This document shows positions 1 to 10,027 of a DNA stretch of 64,000 nucleotides, piece by piece (the stretch's first letter is position 1; the number at the start of each line of letters is the position of its first letter). A program made the translations under genes and the position numbers. The stretch covers positions 631,415-695,414 of the forward strand of contig DAOORK010000001.1 of assembly GCA_035389185.1 (NCBI GenBank), read 5' to 3'. The notes below the pieces were generated by a model, which worked only from the letters and a program-made list of their open reading frames with translations, was not told the origin of the DNA and made no database searches. The stretch comes from Candidatus Woesebacteria bacterium. GTDB lineage: Bacteria > Patescibacteriota > Microgenomatia > UBA1400 > MFAQ01.

Positions 1-1807
1 GTTGGCTATTTAGCCTGGTAGCAATTGCCTCCTGTTCATCATATAAAGGCTTGTCCTGATCGATCATCCTCTGTTCTGCAGCGCTTAACCACTGATTAGC
101 TTCCATCTTGGAAACGATTGCTGAAATATTAGCAATTCTTACTCCAATTATCTCATTGATTCTATCAACATCAGCTTTGTTTTTTTCGTAGAAATTTGAG
201 TTATTTTTCAGACTTGACCAGCTTGGCTGAATTTCCCGTAGCCTTGATAGGCTTGTTTTCCAAGACTCAATATCCTCTTTCTTGTAGCTTGGGGGAATAT
301 AGCCAGCAGCATGGACAACAATAAGCTGTGTAGGGCATCCGTTTAGGTTGCCTTGGACTTCTGCAACCCCCACATCGTCGAACTTTTTATCAAACCATAC
401 ATTTTTAGCATCCGTTGAATCTCTTTCGAGATAGTCCTCAATTAATTCGTCAGCAGTATAGTAACCCTCTAACGACCATTCCCACACATAGCTATTCCAA
501 TACCCAGCTTTTGACATTGCACTCGAAACGACATCGTAAGAAGCCTGTTGTTGGGTAGCGTTATTCTTTAACAGAGATTCTGCTCGTATTTTCGCAGATT
601 CATCAAGTTTAGGCTCGTATTTTACTGGCGTTGCACCATTTTCTTTGCGTTTTTCGTTAAGTAGCTCGACAAACCTGTTCCTGTCTATTGTCGGTTTTAC
701 CGTGTCTGATAAGTCATTGGTTGCATCGTGCCAGTTCTTATCGAGCTTTCCTTTCTGTTTTTCCAGAGGAAGGACTAGGCGGATGTCTTTTATTGGAGCA
801 AAGCCAATTTCTCTTGAGTCGGAACTACCTTTTCGATTGTCGCCCATAGCAAAAATTGTGTCTTGGGGGACGGTCACTGCCTGACATTCCTTTAGAAACT
901 TTTCTCCGAATGTCGAGCGGGGTTTGGCAATATAAGGCTCTTTTTGTGGTTCGTTATTAAGGTAAACAATACCATCTCTTAGTTCTATTGTGTCTCCAGG
1001 AAGCCCGATGATTCTTTTTAATAGTCCCGCAGGGTTTGCGCCATCTCTACTTGTGAGTTCTCTTGTCGCATCATTTTCCCAGGTGATAATGTCACCTCTA
1101 CCCAGAGTATGTCCTAGATATCTTTTCCCACCAATAACGATGCCATTTGGATAGGGCAAGAAGCCAGCAGTAGTAATAATCTCCTTGGCAAGATCCTTAT
1201 TGCTCTTGCCCTTTGTTCCTTTGTCCCAAGTCGGATACATGGAACCAGTTCCTACGATATTGATATCCTCCGTTATGTAACCGAGCTGGTTCGCAGCCAA
1301 AGCACCAACAGATACATATCCAACAACCCAGATGGGTAAAATAATTGCACAAACCAATACAAGTGCTACTAATTTCGCTAAAACTAGCTTTGGACGCAGG
1401 GATTTCAATAAACCTCTTAATTTCTCTTGTTTTAGCCTCTTTACGATTTCAAGTGGCTTGATGATAACGACCAATAAATAAAGGGGAAGAATGGCAAGGG
1501 CGAAGAATAGTTTGATTAAGAATGCTAGGATATTCTGCTTCTTTTGAGACCTCTTGGATATAAGCTGTGCTGTAAAACCTATCGCGGCGACCAAGAATGC
1601 AAGACAACCAAGTAGAATTAGCCCAAGCAGCGAAAAAGCAAAGACATCAGGTGCTTTATCAAAAAGTTCTTTCCTGATACCCACAACATAGCCCATAATC
1701 GCAAAGACGCCCACAATGCATGCTAACCAGATGAAAATAGAGATCTTGGTAATCCTGTTTAGAAGTTTTCCTTTGTCTAGTTTTAACGATAATTTCTTCG
1801 GCATACC
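1..1807 (-). CDS. lepB: signal peptidase I (LepB family) with long C-terminal extension; partial, C-terminus beyond window start
   Basis: Hand translation of the minus strand from ATG 1805-1807 gives N-terminal TM helices and SPase I boxes IVGTGSMYP (~1235-1260), GLPGDTIELRDG (~975-1010) and GDNRKGSSDSREIGF (~800-850). The frame then stays open to position 1. It is missing from the ORF track because it has no stop in the window; the only other ORF there (645..884 +) is antisense to it. Confidence 0.6.
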
Positions 1808-1920
1808 TCAACAAAAGTATACTAAAATCATTAGGAAAAAACACTATTGTGTTTGTCACGACTAGTTTGTCATGGCTAAAATCACGGCATTTTTGATAAA
1901 CTGAATATAAGAAAATTACT

Positions 1921-2874
1921 ATGATTATTCATGCATTTATCTATTTGCTCTCGTTTATTGGTATTTGGGTAGGCTCTGGCTTGGCTATTAAGTCTGTAGA
2001 AAGGCTCTCTCAATCATTAAGGTTATCCTCGTTTGCCGTTTCATTCTTGGTTCTGGGTCTATTTACCTCCATTAGCGAGCTGTCCGTTGGAATTAACTCT
2101 GTCTTAGAGAACGACCCCGAAGTCTATGTAGGAAACCTCATAGGTGCATCAATTGTGCTATTTATGCTAATTGTGCCGCTTCTGGCGATTGTGGGCAATT
2201 CTATTCGTATTACGCCTGAACTTCAGGGTTTTAACTTGCCCGCTTCACTTGTAGTTATTGCTCTTCCAGTGATCTTGGCAATGGATGGAAGGGTAGGAAG
2301 AACAGACAGCATTATTGCCATGGCATTGTTTGGTTTTCTAATGATTAGTATCCAATCAAAACGAGGTTTATTAGAAAAAATAAAAAACATCAACCCACGA
2401 AATGGCGTAAAGGTTGGAAAAGAGCTGTTAAAAATTCTTTTTGGTGTAGCGGTTATTTTTGTTGCCAGTAAATTTGTAGTTGAACAAACTGTTTATTTTT
2501 CCAATTTTTTACATGTTTCTCCGTTCCTCATTAGTTTATTGTTGATAGCTATTGGCACGAATGTGCCTGAATTGTCCCTCGTCATTCGATCTGCATTCGT
2601 GCGTAATCATCAGATTGCTTTTGGTGATTATGTGGGATCTGCCGCTTTCAATACGCTTCTTTTAGGATTATTGACATTCTTTTATGGGAAGCCAGTGCTT
2701 TTGAATAATAGTTATGTAGTCAGCCTACTTTTTCTTATTGTGGGTTTAGTAGCTTTTTATTACTTTGCTAGGACTAAAAATACTATTTCGCGCGTAGAAG
2801 GTTTAGTGTTGTTGGCTTTATATGCCGCTTTTCTATTAACTGAGATTGGTATCCATGGAGGATTGAATTTCTAG
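1921..2874 (+). CDS. CaCA-family cation/Ca2+ antiporter (YrbG-like), two alpha-repeats
   Basis: 10-TM hydrophobic protein with alpha-repeat motifs SELSVGINSV...GNLIGASIV and GTNVPELSLVI...GSAAFNTLLLG. Confidence 0.65.
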   Translation: MIIHAFIYLLSFIGIWVGSGLAIKSVERLSQSLRLSSFAVSFLVLGLFTSISELSVGINSVLENDPEVYVGNLIGASIVLFMLIVPLLAIVGNSIRITPELQGFNLPASLVVIALPVILAMDGRVGRTDSIIAMALFGFLMISIQSKRGLLEKIKNINPRNGVKVGKELLKILFGVAVIFVASKFVVEQTVYFSNFLHVSPFLISLLLIAIGTNVPELSLVIRSAFVRNHQIAFGDYVGSAAFNTLLLGLLTFFYGKPVLLNNSYVVSLLFLIVGLVAFYYFARTKNTISRVEGLVLLALYAAFLLTEIGIHGGLNF

Positions 2875-4424
2875 TTAAGATTTGACAAAAATCGGGTCAC
2901 CTCTTTGTTGGTTAACTCTGGATATTCCAGATAATTTATCCAGTCAGTTGTCCGAAATTGTATCCATTTCTCGAGCCAAGCTTGACGATTGGCATAATTT
3001 AAGATTGTGTCGAATGGTTTTATCGCATCATATCGGACTATTTTGTCTTCCACTCTAAGGTTCGATAGTACGAGCTTGATTAACTGCCTTCTTTCCTCAA
3101 CTTCTGAACTTTTGAACAGCTCATAAGCCCGATTTGACAGTTCTAGCAGGTATTTAGCCGTGATGTAGTAGTTATCTTCGGCTTCTTGAAGCATTCCTAA
3201 GCGAGTAGTTATATCAGCCTTTTGCTCGTGGAATGACTGAAAGAATTTGTCATACTCATCGTCAGTAATACGCCCTTTGAGTTTATCGAGATAAAGGTTA
3301 TCCATCATTTTTGTTAGCGTTTTGTTCTCTTCATTGAGTTTGTCGAGTTGTTTATTGTGAAAGTCCATTTTGTCTTGATGAAGATTGCTGAGATTTCCGA
3401 CTACTTTATCTAAGACCCAATCGGGGATTTGTAATTGCTTAAATACATCGCCTATTTGCTCGGTAATTGTTTCTTCTCTTAGCCAATCAGCCCCGTGTTT
3501 ACCGTTGTATTGGGTGCAATGGTAATAGACGTGTCCTTTGTGTTTTTCTGGGGTTACAGCCAGCCCACAATGACCGCAACGTAGTAATCCTCGATAGATA
3601 TACGGTTTACCTGCATACTTAAAGGGTTTTTTGTTAAAGCTAGCTTTTACCTGTTGAACTTGGTCAAAAAGTTCTTTGGTTATGATAGGTATGTACTTGT
3701 GTTTGTATTGCTTGTTTTTCCAAGTCATTATGCCGTAGTAGAAGTGGTCTTTTAGAATTTTGTCGGTCATTCCCTTTGACCAATCAACCCCGTACTCGGA
3801 TTTTATCTTTTGTCTTAGTAACTCCATTGAGAAGCTACTGGTTGCATACCATTCATAGGCTTTTTGTACTACCTTTGAGGCAAAATCATCGACTACTATT
3901 TCTGTTTTATCTTTACTAATCGGTTCTCGTTTATAACCATAAGAAGGTCGAGAAGGATAAGTACCCATTCGAAGCATCTGTTCTTGGGCTCGTTTTACGT
4001 TATCGCTGATTGCGTCAGAGTAGTATTTGGCTAGCCCGAGGCTAATACTAAAATTAAACTTTTCTACTGCTGATAACTGGCTATTGATGACTTGTCCGTC
4101 CGAAACAAAATGAAGTTCTACCTCGTCTTTTAATGCTTTGTCATAAAGCATACCGACCCGTTTATCAAAAACATTTCGTGATAATCGGTCTACCTTGTCA
4201 AAACATACAGCGATTTTTTCTTTCTGTTCAAGAACATAGTCGAGGATATTATCAAAGTCATTACGCTTAGTCTTGTATGCACTTTCATCAAAGCTAAACT
4301 TTTCTAGTATTGGAAAGCCTTTGTTATTGCAGTATTTCTCAAGCCTAACGATTTGAGCGGGAAGAGAATTGCCAGCATCTTTTTGTTCTTCTGTGCTTAC
4401 TCTGGCAATTATTACTGCTTTCAT
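2871..4424 (-). CDS. large serine recombinase (resolvase/invertase N-domain, recombinase domain, zinc ribbon, coiled-coil)
   Basis: N-terminal IIARVSTEEQ and DRLSRN catalytic motifs; zinc ribbon CGHCG...YYHC; long C-terminal coiled-coil; 517 aa, typical LSR size. Confidence 0.85.
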   Translation of the reverse strand: MKAVIIARVSTEEQKDAGNSLPAQIVRLEKYCNNKGFPILEKFSFDESAYKTKRNDFDNILDYVLEQKEKIAVCFDKVDRLSRNVFDKRVGMLYDKALKDEVELHFVSDGQVINSQLSAVEKFNFSISLGLAKYYSDAISDNVKRAQEQMLRMGTYPSRPSYGYKREPISKDKTEIVVDDFASKVVQKAYEWYATSSFSMELLRQKIKSEYGVDWSKGMTDKILKDHFYYGIMTWKNKQYKHKYIPIITKELFDQVQQVKASFNKKPFKYAGKPYIYRGLLRCGHCGLAVTPEKHKGHVYYHCTQYNGKHGADWLREETITEQIGDVFKQLQIPDWVLDKVVGNLSNLHQDKMDFHNKQLDKLNEENKTLTKMMDNLYLDKLKGRITDDEYDKFFQSFHEQKADITTRLGMLQEAEDNYYITAKYLLELSNRAYELFKSSEVEERRQLIKLVLSNLRVEDKIVRYDAIKPFDTILNYANRQAWLEKWIQFRTTDWINYLEYPELTNKEVTRFLSNLN

Positions 4425-4427
4425 AGC

Positions 4428-5174
4428 TCATTTCTTGACTGGGGCAATTTGTCTTAGGTATGCGTCAAGAATAGCTTGTTTTAAGTTATCCGACTTTGCC
4501 TCGTAACTTGTAAATTCACCTATATTTTCTCTGTTGAAATGAAGTTGTCCTTCACCAACATTGCCCCTGTGTTGACCCGCTGAATAGTATTTATTTGTCG
4601 CTACTTCGGTTGAAGAAAAGACCCAATATCTAATAACATCTCTCCAAACACCCATCCATACAAATACATCGCAACACTTGGGTTTAACTTGTTGGAAGTT
4701 CATATCAAAAGGCATATCCTCATCTTTTGAGAGAGCCTTTATGTATAAGGGTTCGTGACTATTAAAATCAACAGCCCTTGATGCTTTTACTTCGATTGTA
4801 ACGAACTTGTTATCATCTACGTTTAACATAAAGTCGTATTGACCTGCATAGTTGGGGTCGATTTTTTTGGTCGGTTTAACTAAGTCAGGCACTAACTCTT
4901 TCAAATGTCCTTGAGCCCACAATTCCCCAAAACCTCTTGGGGCACTTATCTCGAAGATATGGAGGTACATATTTCTAGCGATATATTCATCTCTCATCAA
5001 GTAATAATCATCAAGGTTAAGTTTCTTTAACCCCAAGAGAGTAGAAATGATAAATTCATACTCGTTAAAAGGATAAACGGACATTAAGTTATCCAGTTTT
5101 TGCCTCAAAACGGCTTCTTCATCCTTGGATAGCTGAGATATTAAGCTGTCTAATTGGTGTTTTAATGATTGCAT
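4428..5174 (-). CDS. candidate PD-(D/E)xK restriction endonuclease, cognate to the adjacent N6A methyltransferase
   Basis: Motif YDFML...VTIEVKASR fits a D...(E/D)xK nuclease core. The gene starts 2 nt after the upstream MTase gene ends, same strand. Confidence 0.4.
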   Translation of the reverse strand: MQSLKHQLDSLISQLSKDEEAVLRQKLDNLMSVYPFNEYEFIISTLLGLKKLNLDDYYLMRDEYIARNMYLHIFEISAPRGFGELWAQGHLKELVPDLVKPTKKIDPNYAGQYDFMLNVDDNKFVTIEVKASRAVDFNSHEPLYIKALSKDEDMPFDMNFQQVKPKCCDVFVWMGVWRDVIRYWVFSSTEVATNKYYSAGQHRGNVGEGQLHFNRENIGEFTSYEAKSDNLKQAILDAYLRQIAPVKK

Positions 5175-5176
5175 AA

Positions 5177-7126
5177 TTACTTTCTTATTGAATTTTTAAT
5201 ATATTGTTTTTCATCTGTTGTTAGACCAAAGGCATCAAAAACGAACTCATTTAGCTTATCTTCGAGTTTATCCTTTTGAGTACCAGATAACAAATTATCT
5301 ACATCCTTTTCGATTTCGGCAAGAGTTTTATCGTCTATTTGTGGAAAGGGTAATAGTTCAAGGTCGCCTCTTAATACTTTGACCGTATTGAATTTCTTTT
5401 TCCATAAGTATTGAAAGATATTTGAGTTAAGAAAAACCAATACTACTTTTGTCGGGATTTCTGGAATTTTCGGGATGAGTATATTTGCACTATTGAGGGT
5501 TAGAGTTTGCTTATAGTCATAAGCAAAGGCAAGCTCACTTGAAATGAATTTGTAAATCAGCTTCTCCTTCGCTCGATATTTCCATACTGGAGCAACTTGT
5601 TGAAATTCGTCAGGTGTAAATTTGATAAATGAAGTAGCGGGATTAAATGTATATTTCTGTATATCCGAGCCTTTTAGTACCCCCTCATTATTATCTGTTT
5701 TGGTAGTCGAAATAAATTTGCCATTATTACCTGTAACGATACCCAATGCCCAATCTGCATTATCTTTCAATGTAGTGAAACTGTGTTTGTAAATTTTAGC
5801 TATTAACAGTTCGTCTTTTTCAGTAATACTTGTATCAAATGCGAAATCTGAATTATTTATAAATCTGTTCTGCTTGATTTTTGACACAAGTCCATCTTTT
5901 TGCGTAACCTCAATTTCGTTCTGAGCGTCACTTCTTTTTTGAATGGTCAACGTTATTACTGGTGACAACACTTTGCTAAAAACGTTACCTAAATGTTTGA
6001 TGCTTTTTATAGCACTACCCCTTAACAGAAAATCTCTAACATCTCGATGCTGTTTTACCTTTGTAACCGCTTCTGGTAGCACGTAGCAAAGAGAGCCATT
6101 ATCGTTCAATAGACTTAAACCCCTTACTAAAAAGTATGAAAAGGCCTCGTTCGAAATGATATTTGGATAAACCTTTCTCAACATTTCACTTTCTTCTTTT
6201 GAGAAGTGGTAACCCCAAGGTGGATTTGTTGCAATGATGTCAAACCTACCATCAGGGTTTTCTGTGAGGCTGTTTGCTACAAACATATTTGGATAAAAAT
6301 CAATTTCTGGATAGGTTGTTATAAGGTTTATTTTTGCAATCTGTACTGCTATTGGGTCAATATCGTATCCCCATAAAAGTAGCGGGTCAGGGATATACCT
6401 AGAAAAAGCAACAAGAAACTGTCCCGTTCCACAACAGGGGTCGAGAACCTTTGAGCCCTTCTTTATCTGACTAGATAAGTCTTCAACGATACCATCAATT
6501 AGTGTTTTAGGGGTGTAATAAGAACCGCCTTGGGACTTTTTACCCTCGTCGAGCAAGGATTGATATAAAACACCAAGGCTGTCAAAGCTGAACACATCAT
6601 CTACGTTTAGTAATTCTTGAAGGTCAGAAAGATTTATCTTTCCTAGTTTTTCTTCCCATTCAAGTATTACCTTCTTTATATTATTGTTCTTGAATTTAAC
6701 TTCACTTAGGGTTGAAACAAATTTATCGAAGGTCGCTAATTTGGTTTTTTTTAGAACAGAAAGACTGTGAATGAGTAGGGCGGTTTGGAGTGGTACTTGG
6801 TTTTTATTTATCTGTTCGATATAAGACTGTAATAGAGGTAGTTTGTCTTTATGACTTAATTGTTCAATAGGGATAAAGGTAGATTTTGAATTTCTTTTAT
6901 TCGCTCTATTGTTTAGTCGTTCGGTTTTTCCATTATGAATGTCGGTTTTAAGTTGTTCAATTTGTTTCTTTTCTAATAATTTTCCGCTACCCATTGGGGA
7001 ATAAGCCAGTTGACCTGTTTTAATCCAATTCCTTACGGTAGCAGTGGATACACCCAACAGCTCACTAGCCCGAAGAATGTCGAGTAGGTCTGCTTGGTCA
7101 TTTTCAAAAAGGCTAACTTGCTTCAT
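5177..7126 (-). CDS. gamma-class N6-adenine DNA methyltransferase with N-terminal excisionase/MerR-like HTH and C-terminal target-recognition region
   Basis: HTH LLGVSTATVRNWIKTGQL; motif I VLDPCCGTGQF; motif IV IIATNPPWGY; about 300 aa of TRD-like C-terminus. Confidence 0.8.
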   Translation of the reverse strand: MKQVSLFENDQADLLDILRASELLGVSTATVRNWIKTGQLAYSPMGSGKLLEKKQIEQLKTDIHNGKTERLNNRANKRNSKSTFIPIEQLSHKDKLPLLQSYIEQINKNQVPLQTALLIHSLSVLKKTKLATFDKFVSTLSEVKFKNNNIKKVILEWEEKLGKINLSDLQELLNVDDVFSFDSLGVLYQSLLDEGKKSQGGSYYTPKTLIDGIVEDLSSQIKKGSKVLDPCCGTGQFLVAFSRYIPDPLLLWGYDIDPIAVQIAKINLITTYPEIDFYPNMFVANSLTENPDGRFDIIATNPPWGYHFSKEESEMLRKVYPNIISNEAFSYFLVRGLSLLNDNGSLCYVLPEAVTKVKQHRDVRDFLLRGSAIKSIKHLGNVFSKVLSPVITLTIQKRSDAQNEIEVTQKDGLVSKIKQNRFINNSDFAFDTSITEKDELLIAKIYKHSFTTLKDNADWALGIVTGNNGKFISTTKTDNNEGVLKGSDIQKYTFNPATSFIKFTPDEFQQVAPVWKYRAKEKLIYKFISSELAFAYDYKQTLTLNSANILIPKIPEIPTKVVLVFLNSNIFQYLWKKKFNTVKVLRGDLELLPFPQIDDKTLAEIEKDVDNLLSGTQKDKLEDKLNEFVFDAFGLTTDEKQYIKNSIRK

Positions 7127-7289
7127 ATTTCTTTAAGAATTGGGATAAATTATCCTTGCTTATTCTGTATTGTTTGCCAGCTTTGTATGCAATTAAGCGG
7201 TTGGCACGTATCCAACGGTATACGGTCAGATATGCAACTTTGAGGGTCTTGGCCACTTCCTCGATGGAAAAGTATTGCTCGTCAGTCAT
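7113..7289 (-). CDS. excisionase-family HTH DNA-binding protein (Xis-like)
   Basis: EEVAKTLKVAYLTVYRWI...GKQYRI matches the excisionase/MerR HTH pattern; start set at the internal Met. Confidence 0.55.
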   Translation of the reverse strand: MTDEQYFSIEEVAKTLKVAYLTVYRWIRANRLIAYKAGKQYRISKDNLSQFLKKYEAS

Positions 7290-8430
7290 ATAAGTTATAT
7301 TTATCATTATTTAACATTAACCCTTCAAAATCAACTAGTTTTAATGGTTCAAAACGGGTCAAATGTTCACGGATTACCCCGAGTGGGCTTTTAGTCGTTG
7401 GAAGTTTTATTGTTTTAGCTTCTGCAATCAACCTATACCAACTTCTTTGACCATATTTACCAAACATATTTCTAAGTTCACGAGGGGTTGTGCTATCAAA
7501 TGCCTGCTTTAATCCAAAGAGTTGCATTGTCTTCCGTATACCGATATGAGGATTATTGATTGCAAGGTCTGCTAACAATGAGTTGGAGGTCGTCGGTTTG
7601 TAATCAAATAGGAGTAGCCGCTTGCTCTCTAGCTCATCGAGGTGGTGAAGTAAAATCCGTTGAGCGATTGTTGGGTTAAATAGGTTTTTTAAGGTCAATT
7701 CGGACTGGATACCCAAAGTACGGAATAGCTGTCCTATCTTTTGGCGTTTGTTAAGTCGTACTTCCATTCTCAATACCTCTAGTCGCTTTCTTTCTTTGAA
7801 AGCTTCAAAAAGATTGAGTTGTATGGCGTTATCGCCCTCGATTGCTCGCTTTTCGCTTTTGTTAGCCATTTCAAGGTCTTTTAGCTTGTCATAAAAGGCA
7901 ACCTCGTATGAGTTGCTATGCCATTTGAAGCTATGACCGTCGTTGCGGTAGTCCGTTTGGTTTACATCTAATGCCAATGAGAAATTTGCTTGTTTAATCT
8001 TACCTATAAGCAAGTGAGGAGTTGTACCGTTAGTCAGGGGTATATTTTTGGAGTAATGAATTGCTGAAACAGGGGCATTTTCCAATATGCTCGTAAAGAC
8101 CCCGACACCCATTTCTTTTAGCCTTGACTGTAAAAGTGCGACAACTGGCGTAAAGTCTGTCTCGCCTAATTCGTCAAAGTTGTTTCCGTATAGTAGTTTG
8201 GGTGCTGAAAACTCTATGGCTAAGGTAGCTTCGTGCCTTCCCGTTGTATTAAATCTTTTGGTCATAGTCAATCTTGGTTTATAAATACCGTTTTTCAACT
8301 CTGATTTGGTAGGGTTTTGCACGAGCGTAAAATAACCCCTCAAAGCGTTTTGTGTTTCTTTTTGAAAGTATGTTTTATCCATAACCCAAAACATATCTTT
8401 ACTAAGTGTTAGTCTTATTGTGTCCAACAT
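7282..8430 (-). CDS. putative replication initiation protein of the element (Rep_trans-like)
   Basis: 382-aa protein in an operon with Xis and the recombinase; weak resemblance to rolling-circle/phage replication initiators; no motifs confidently assigned. Confidence 0.35.
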   Translation of the reverse strand: MLDTIRLTLSKDMFWVMDKTYFQKETQNALRGYFTLVQNPTKSELKNGIYKPRLTMTKRFNTTGRHEATLAIEFSAPKLLYGNNFDELGETDFTPVVALLQSRLKEMGVGVFTSILENAPVSAIHYSKNIPLTNGTTPHLLIGKIKQANFSLALDVNQTDYRNDGHSFKWHSNSYEVAFYDKLKDLEMANKSEKRAIEGDNAIQLNLFEAFKERKRLEVLRMEVRLNKRQKIGQLFRTLGIQSELTLKNLFNPTIAQRILLHHLDELESKRLLLFDYKPTTSNSLLADLAINNPHIGIRKTMQLFGLKQAFDSTTPRELRNMFGKYGQRSWYRLIAEAKTIKLPTTKSPLGVIREHLTRFEPLKLVDFEGLMLNNDKYNLYD

Positions 8431-8695
8431 ACATTTTTGTTACATCTTCAAACTTAGAAATGATTACTTTTTCGATTTCTTCCGCAACTTTTCGGTTAAT
8501 CGGATGAAAGATATTGAAATTACCATTTGCACCTTTGCGAGTGGGGTAGGTCAACCGATACCCGCCTTGCGGTCTGGTATAGATACCGATTGACCCCATA
8601 TAAAAGCTGTCGTTATAGACTAAGCTCGCAAAACCCACTAGACCATCCGTTGGTTTAACTGGCACTACTTGAATTTCGCTTATACGGTTTTGCAT
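8402..8695 (-). CDS. SpoVG-like nucleic-acid-binding protein
   Basis: Aligns with SpoVG: VVPVKPTDGLVGFASLVYNDSFYMGSIGIY...NIFHPINRKVAEEIEKVI versus the SpoVG ...GRMRAIASITLD...FVVHDIRV...ITHPINSSTR pattern. Confidence 0.55.
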   Translation of the reverse strand: MQNRISEIQVVPVKPTDGLVGFASLVYNDSFYMGSIGIYTRPQGGYRLTYPTRKGANGNFNIFHPINRKVAEEIEKVIISKFEDVTKMYVGHNKTNT

Positions 8696-8937
8696 ACTTT
8701 CTCGTTACGTTTTGACCGTCGGTCAATTTGGATAAGTAAGGAAAAGAAGTCGGTTAGTCGTTTTAGCTCATCGGCAGGCAGAATGGGACCTTGTACGGGC
8801 CGTGTTTGCTCTTGTGGTGTTGGTTTGACGACTTCACTCGTTTCCATTGAGCAAAGTCTAGAAAACACTCGGAGGATTGTCGTTGTGGTAGGGAGAACTA
8901 GGTACTCTTAGGTATAAAAAGGGACAAAAGGGGACGT

Positions 8938-9981
8938 TTAGTGAGGGAGTACTAGCTTACCCCCACCTTTTACAAGCTTGATAAGAGGTTTCTTCATTTC
9001 TTCTAAATCCTTCTTTGTTATCGGATTTCTGAACTCAATAGCATTCTTTGACACGCTAAAGAAAACCTCTTTTGTATCTCCTTCAAAGCCCAGGTTTTCA
9101 ACTATCTTGTGTAGTGATTTAGTTAGTTTTCCTCCTACAGTTTTTTCAATTTCATCTATACCTATTCTTCTATTCGGGTTCTCATATAAGAACGAAAAAA
9201 CTAGGTCATTTTCGCTGTTAAAATCTGGTCTGCCTATTTGGGCGTTATTCATTAAGATTTGCCTCTGTTTGGTATAGGTAATCTCATAAACAACGACAGT
9301 TTCATCAGGGGATTTGTTGGAGGTTTTGTCTTCTTGCTCTTCTTTATTGATATTTATGTTTTTTTGCCCAAAATTGTTTACTTGCTCCAATACCTCAAAA
9401 AATCTTGCTATATTCAGAGTTAAGCCTGACGATAATGTCATATAAGCGGTGGTAAAGTTTTTGACTACGCCTATATTCTTGAGATAAGTTAAGCTTCTTA
9501 TATAGGTATTGATTATGTCGTCTACGTCCTCAGGCTCATAGCCTTCAATTTCTCTGGCTGAAGAAATAAAGTCTATTGCAAGTTTTTCGGATTGGACTAA
9601 CTCTAGTTGTTCCTCAATCAAATGCATTATGTGGCTAATATTCTTAAAGTTTGTTTCCGATAGGTTTTCTATTGTACTTTTTTGCTGGATAAGATACTGA
9701 GCATACCAATCGTCAAATTTCGGATTTATATCAACGAGTAGATAGTCAAGATTTTTAGGCTGTGAGCTAGGTGATAGCAGTCTGTTGTAAATCGGGTTTA
9801 TGGTTAAAATCTTGTTTTCGTATTCGAGCTTAGAAAGTATGTCCTGAACCTCTTCTTTCCCGATTTTTTCTAAGAAATTATCCTCTTTAATATACAGTTT
9901 AGTTGAGTGTTCATTTCGTGAGGCTTTTTTTGCTTCAACTAATGCTTTGAGAATTAAACCAAGTTTTACTTCGTATTTCAT
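8938..9981 (-). CDS. hypothetical protein (347 aa, island-encoded)
   Basis: Long ORF with island-like A-rich codon usage; no recognised motifs. Confidence 0.5.
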   Translation of the reverse strand: MKYEVKLGLILKALVEAKKASRNEHSTKLYIKEDNFLEKIGKEEVQDILSKLEYENKILTINPIYNRLLSPSSQPKNLDYLLVDINPKFDDWYAQYLIQQKSTIENLSETNFKNISHIMHLIEEQLELVQSEKLAIDFISSAREIEGYEPEDVDDIINTYIRSLTYLKNIGVVKNFTTAYMTLSSGLTLNIARFFEVLEQVNNFGQKNININKEEQEDKTSNKSPDETVVVYEITYTKQRQILMNNAQIGRPDFNSENDLVFSFLYENPNRRIGIDEIEKTVGGKLTKSLHKIVENLGFEGDTKEVFFSVSKNAIEFRNPITKKDLEEMKKPLIKLVKGGGKLVLPH

Positions 9982-10027
9982 AGGTCATTACATCTTCAAA
10001 TTTATCTTTGATTATAATTGCTTAATA

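Noticed and set aside
645-884. 79-aa plus-strand ORF
   Set aside because: It lies entirely antisense within the signal peptidase I coding region (SPase box D/E at about 800-850). It is low-complexity, and I judge it spurious.
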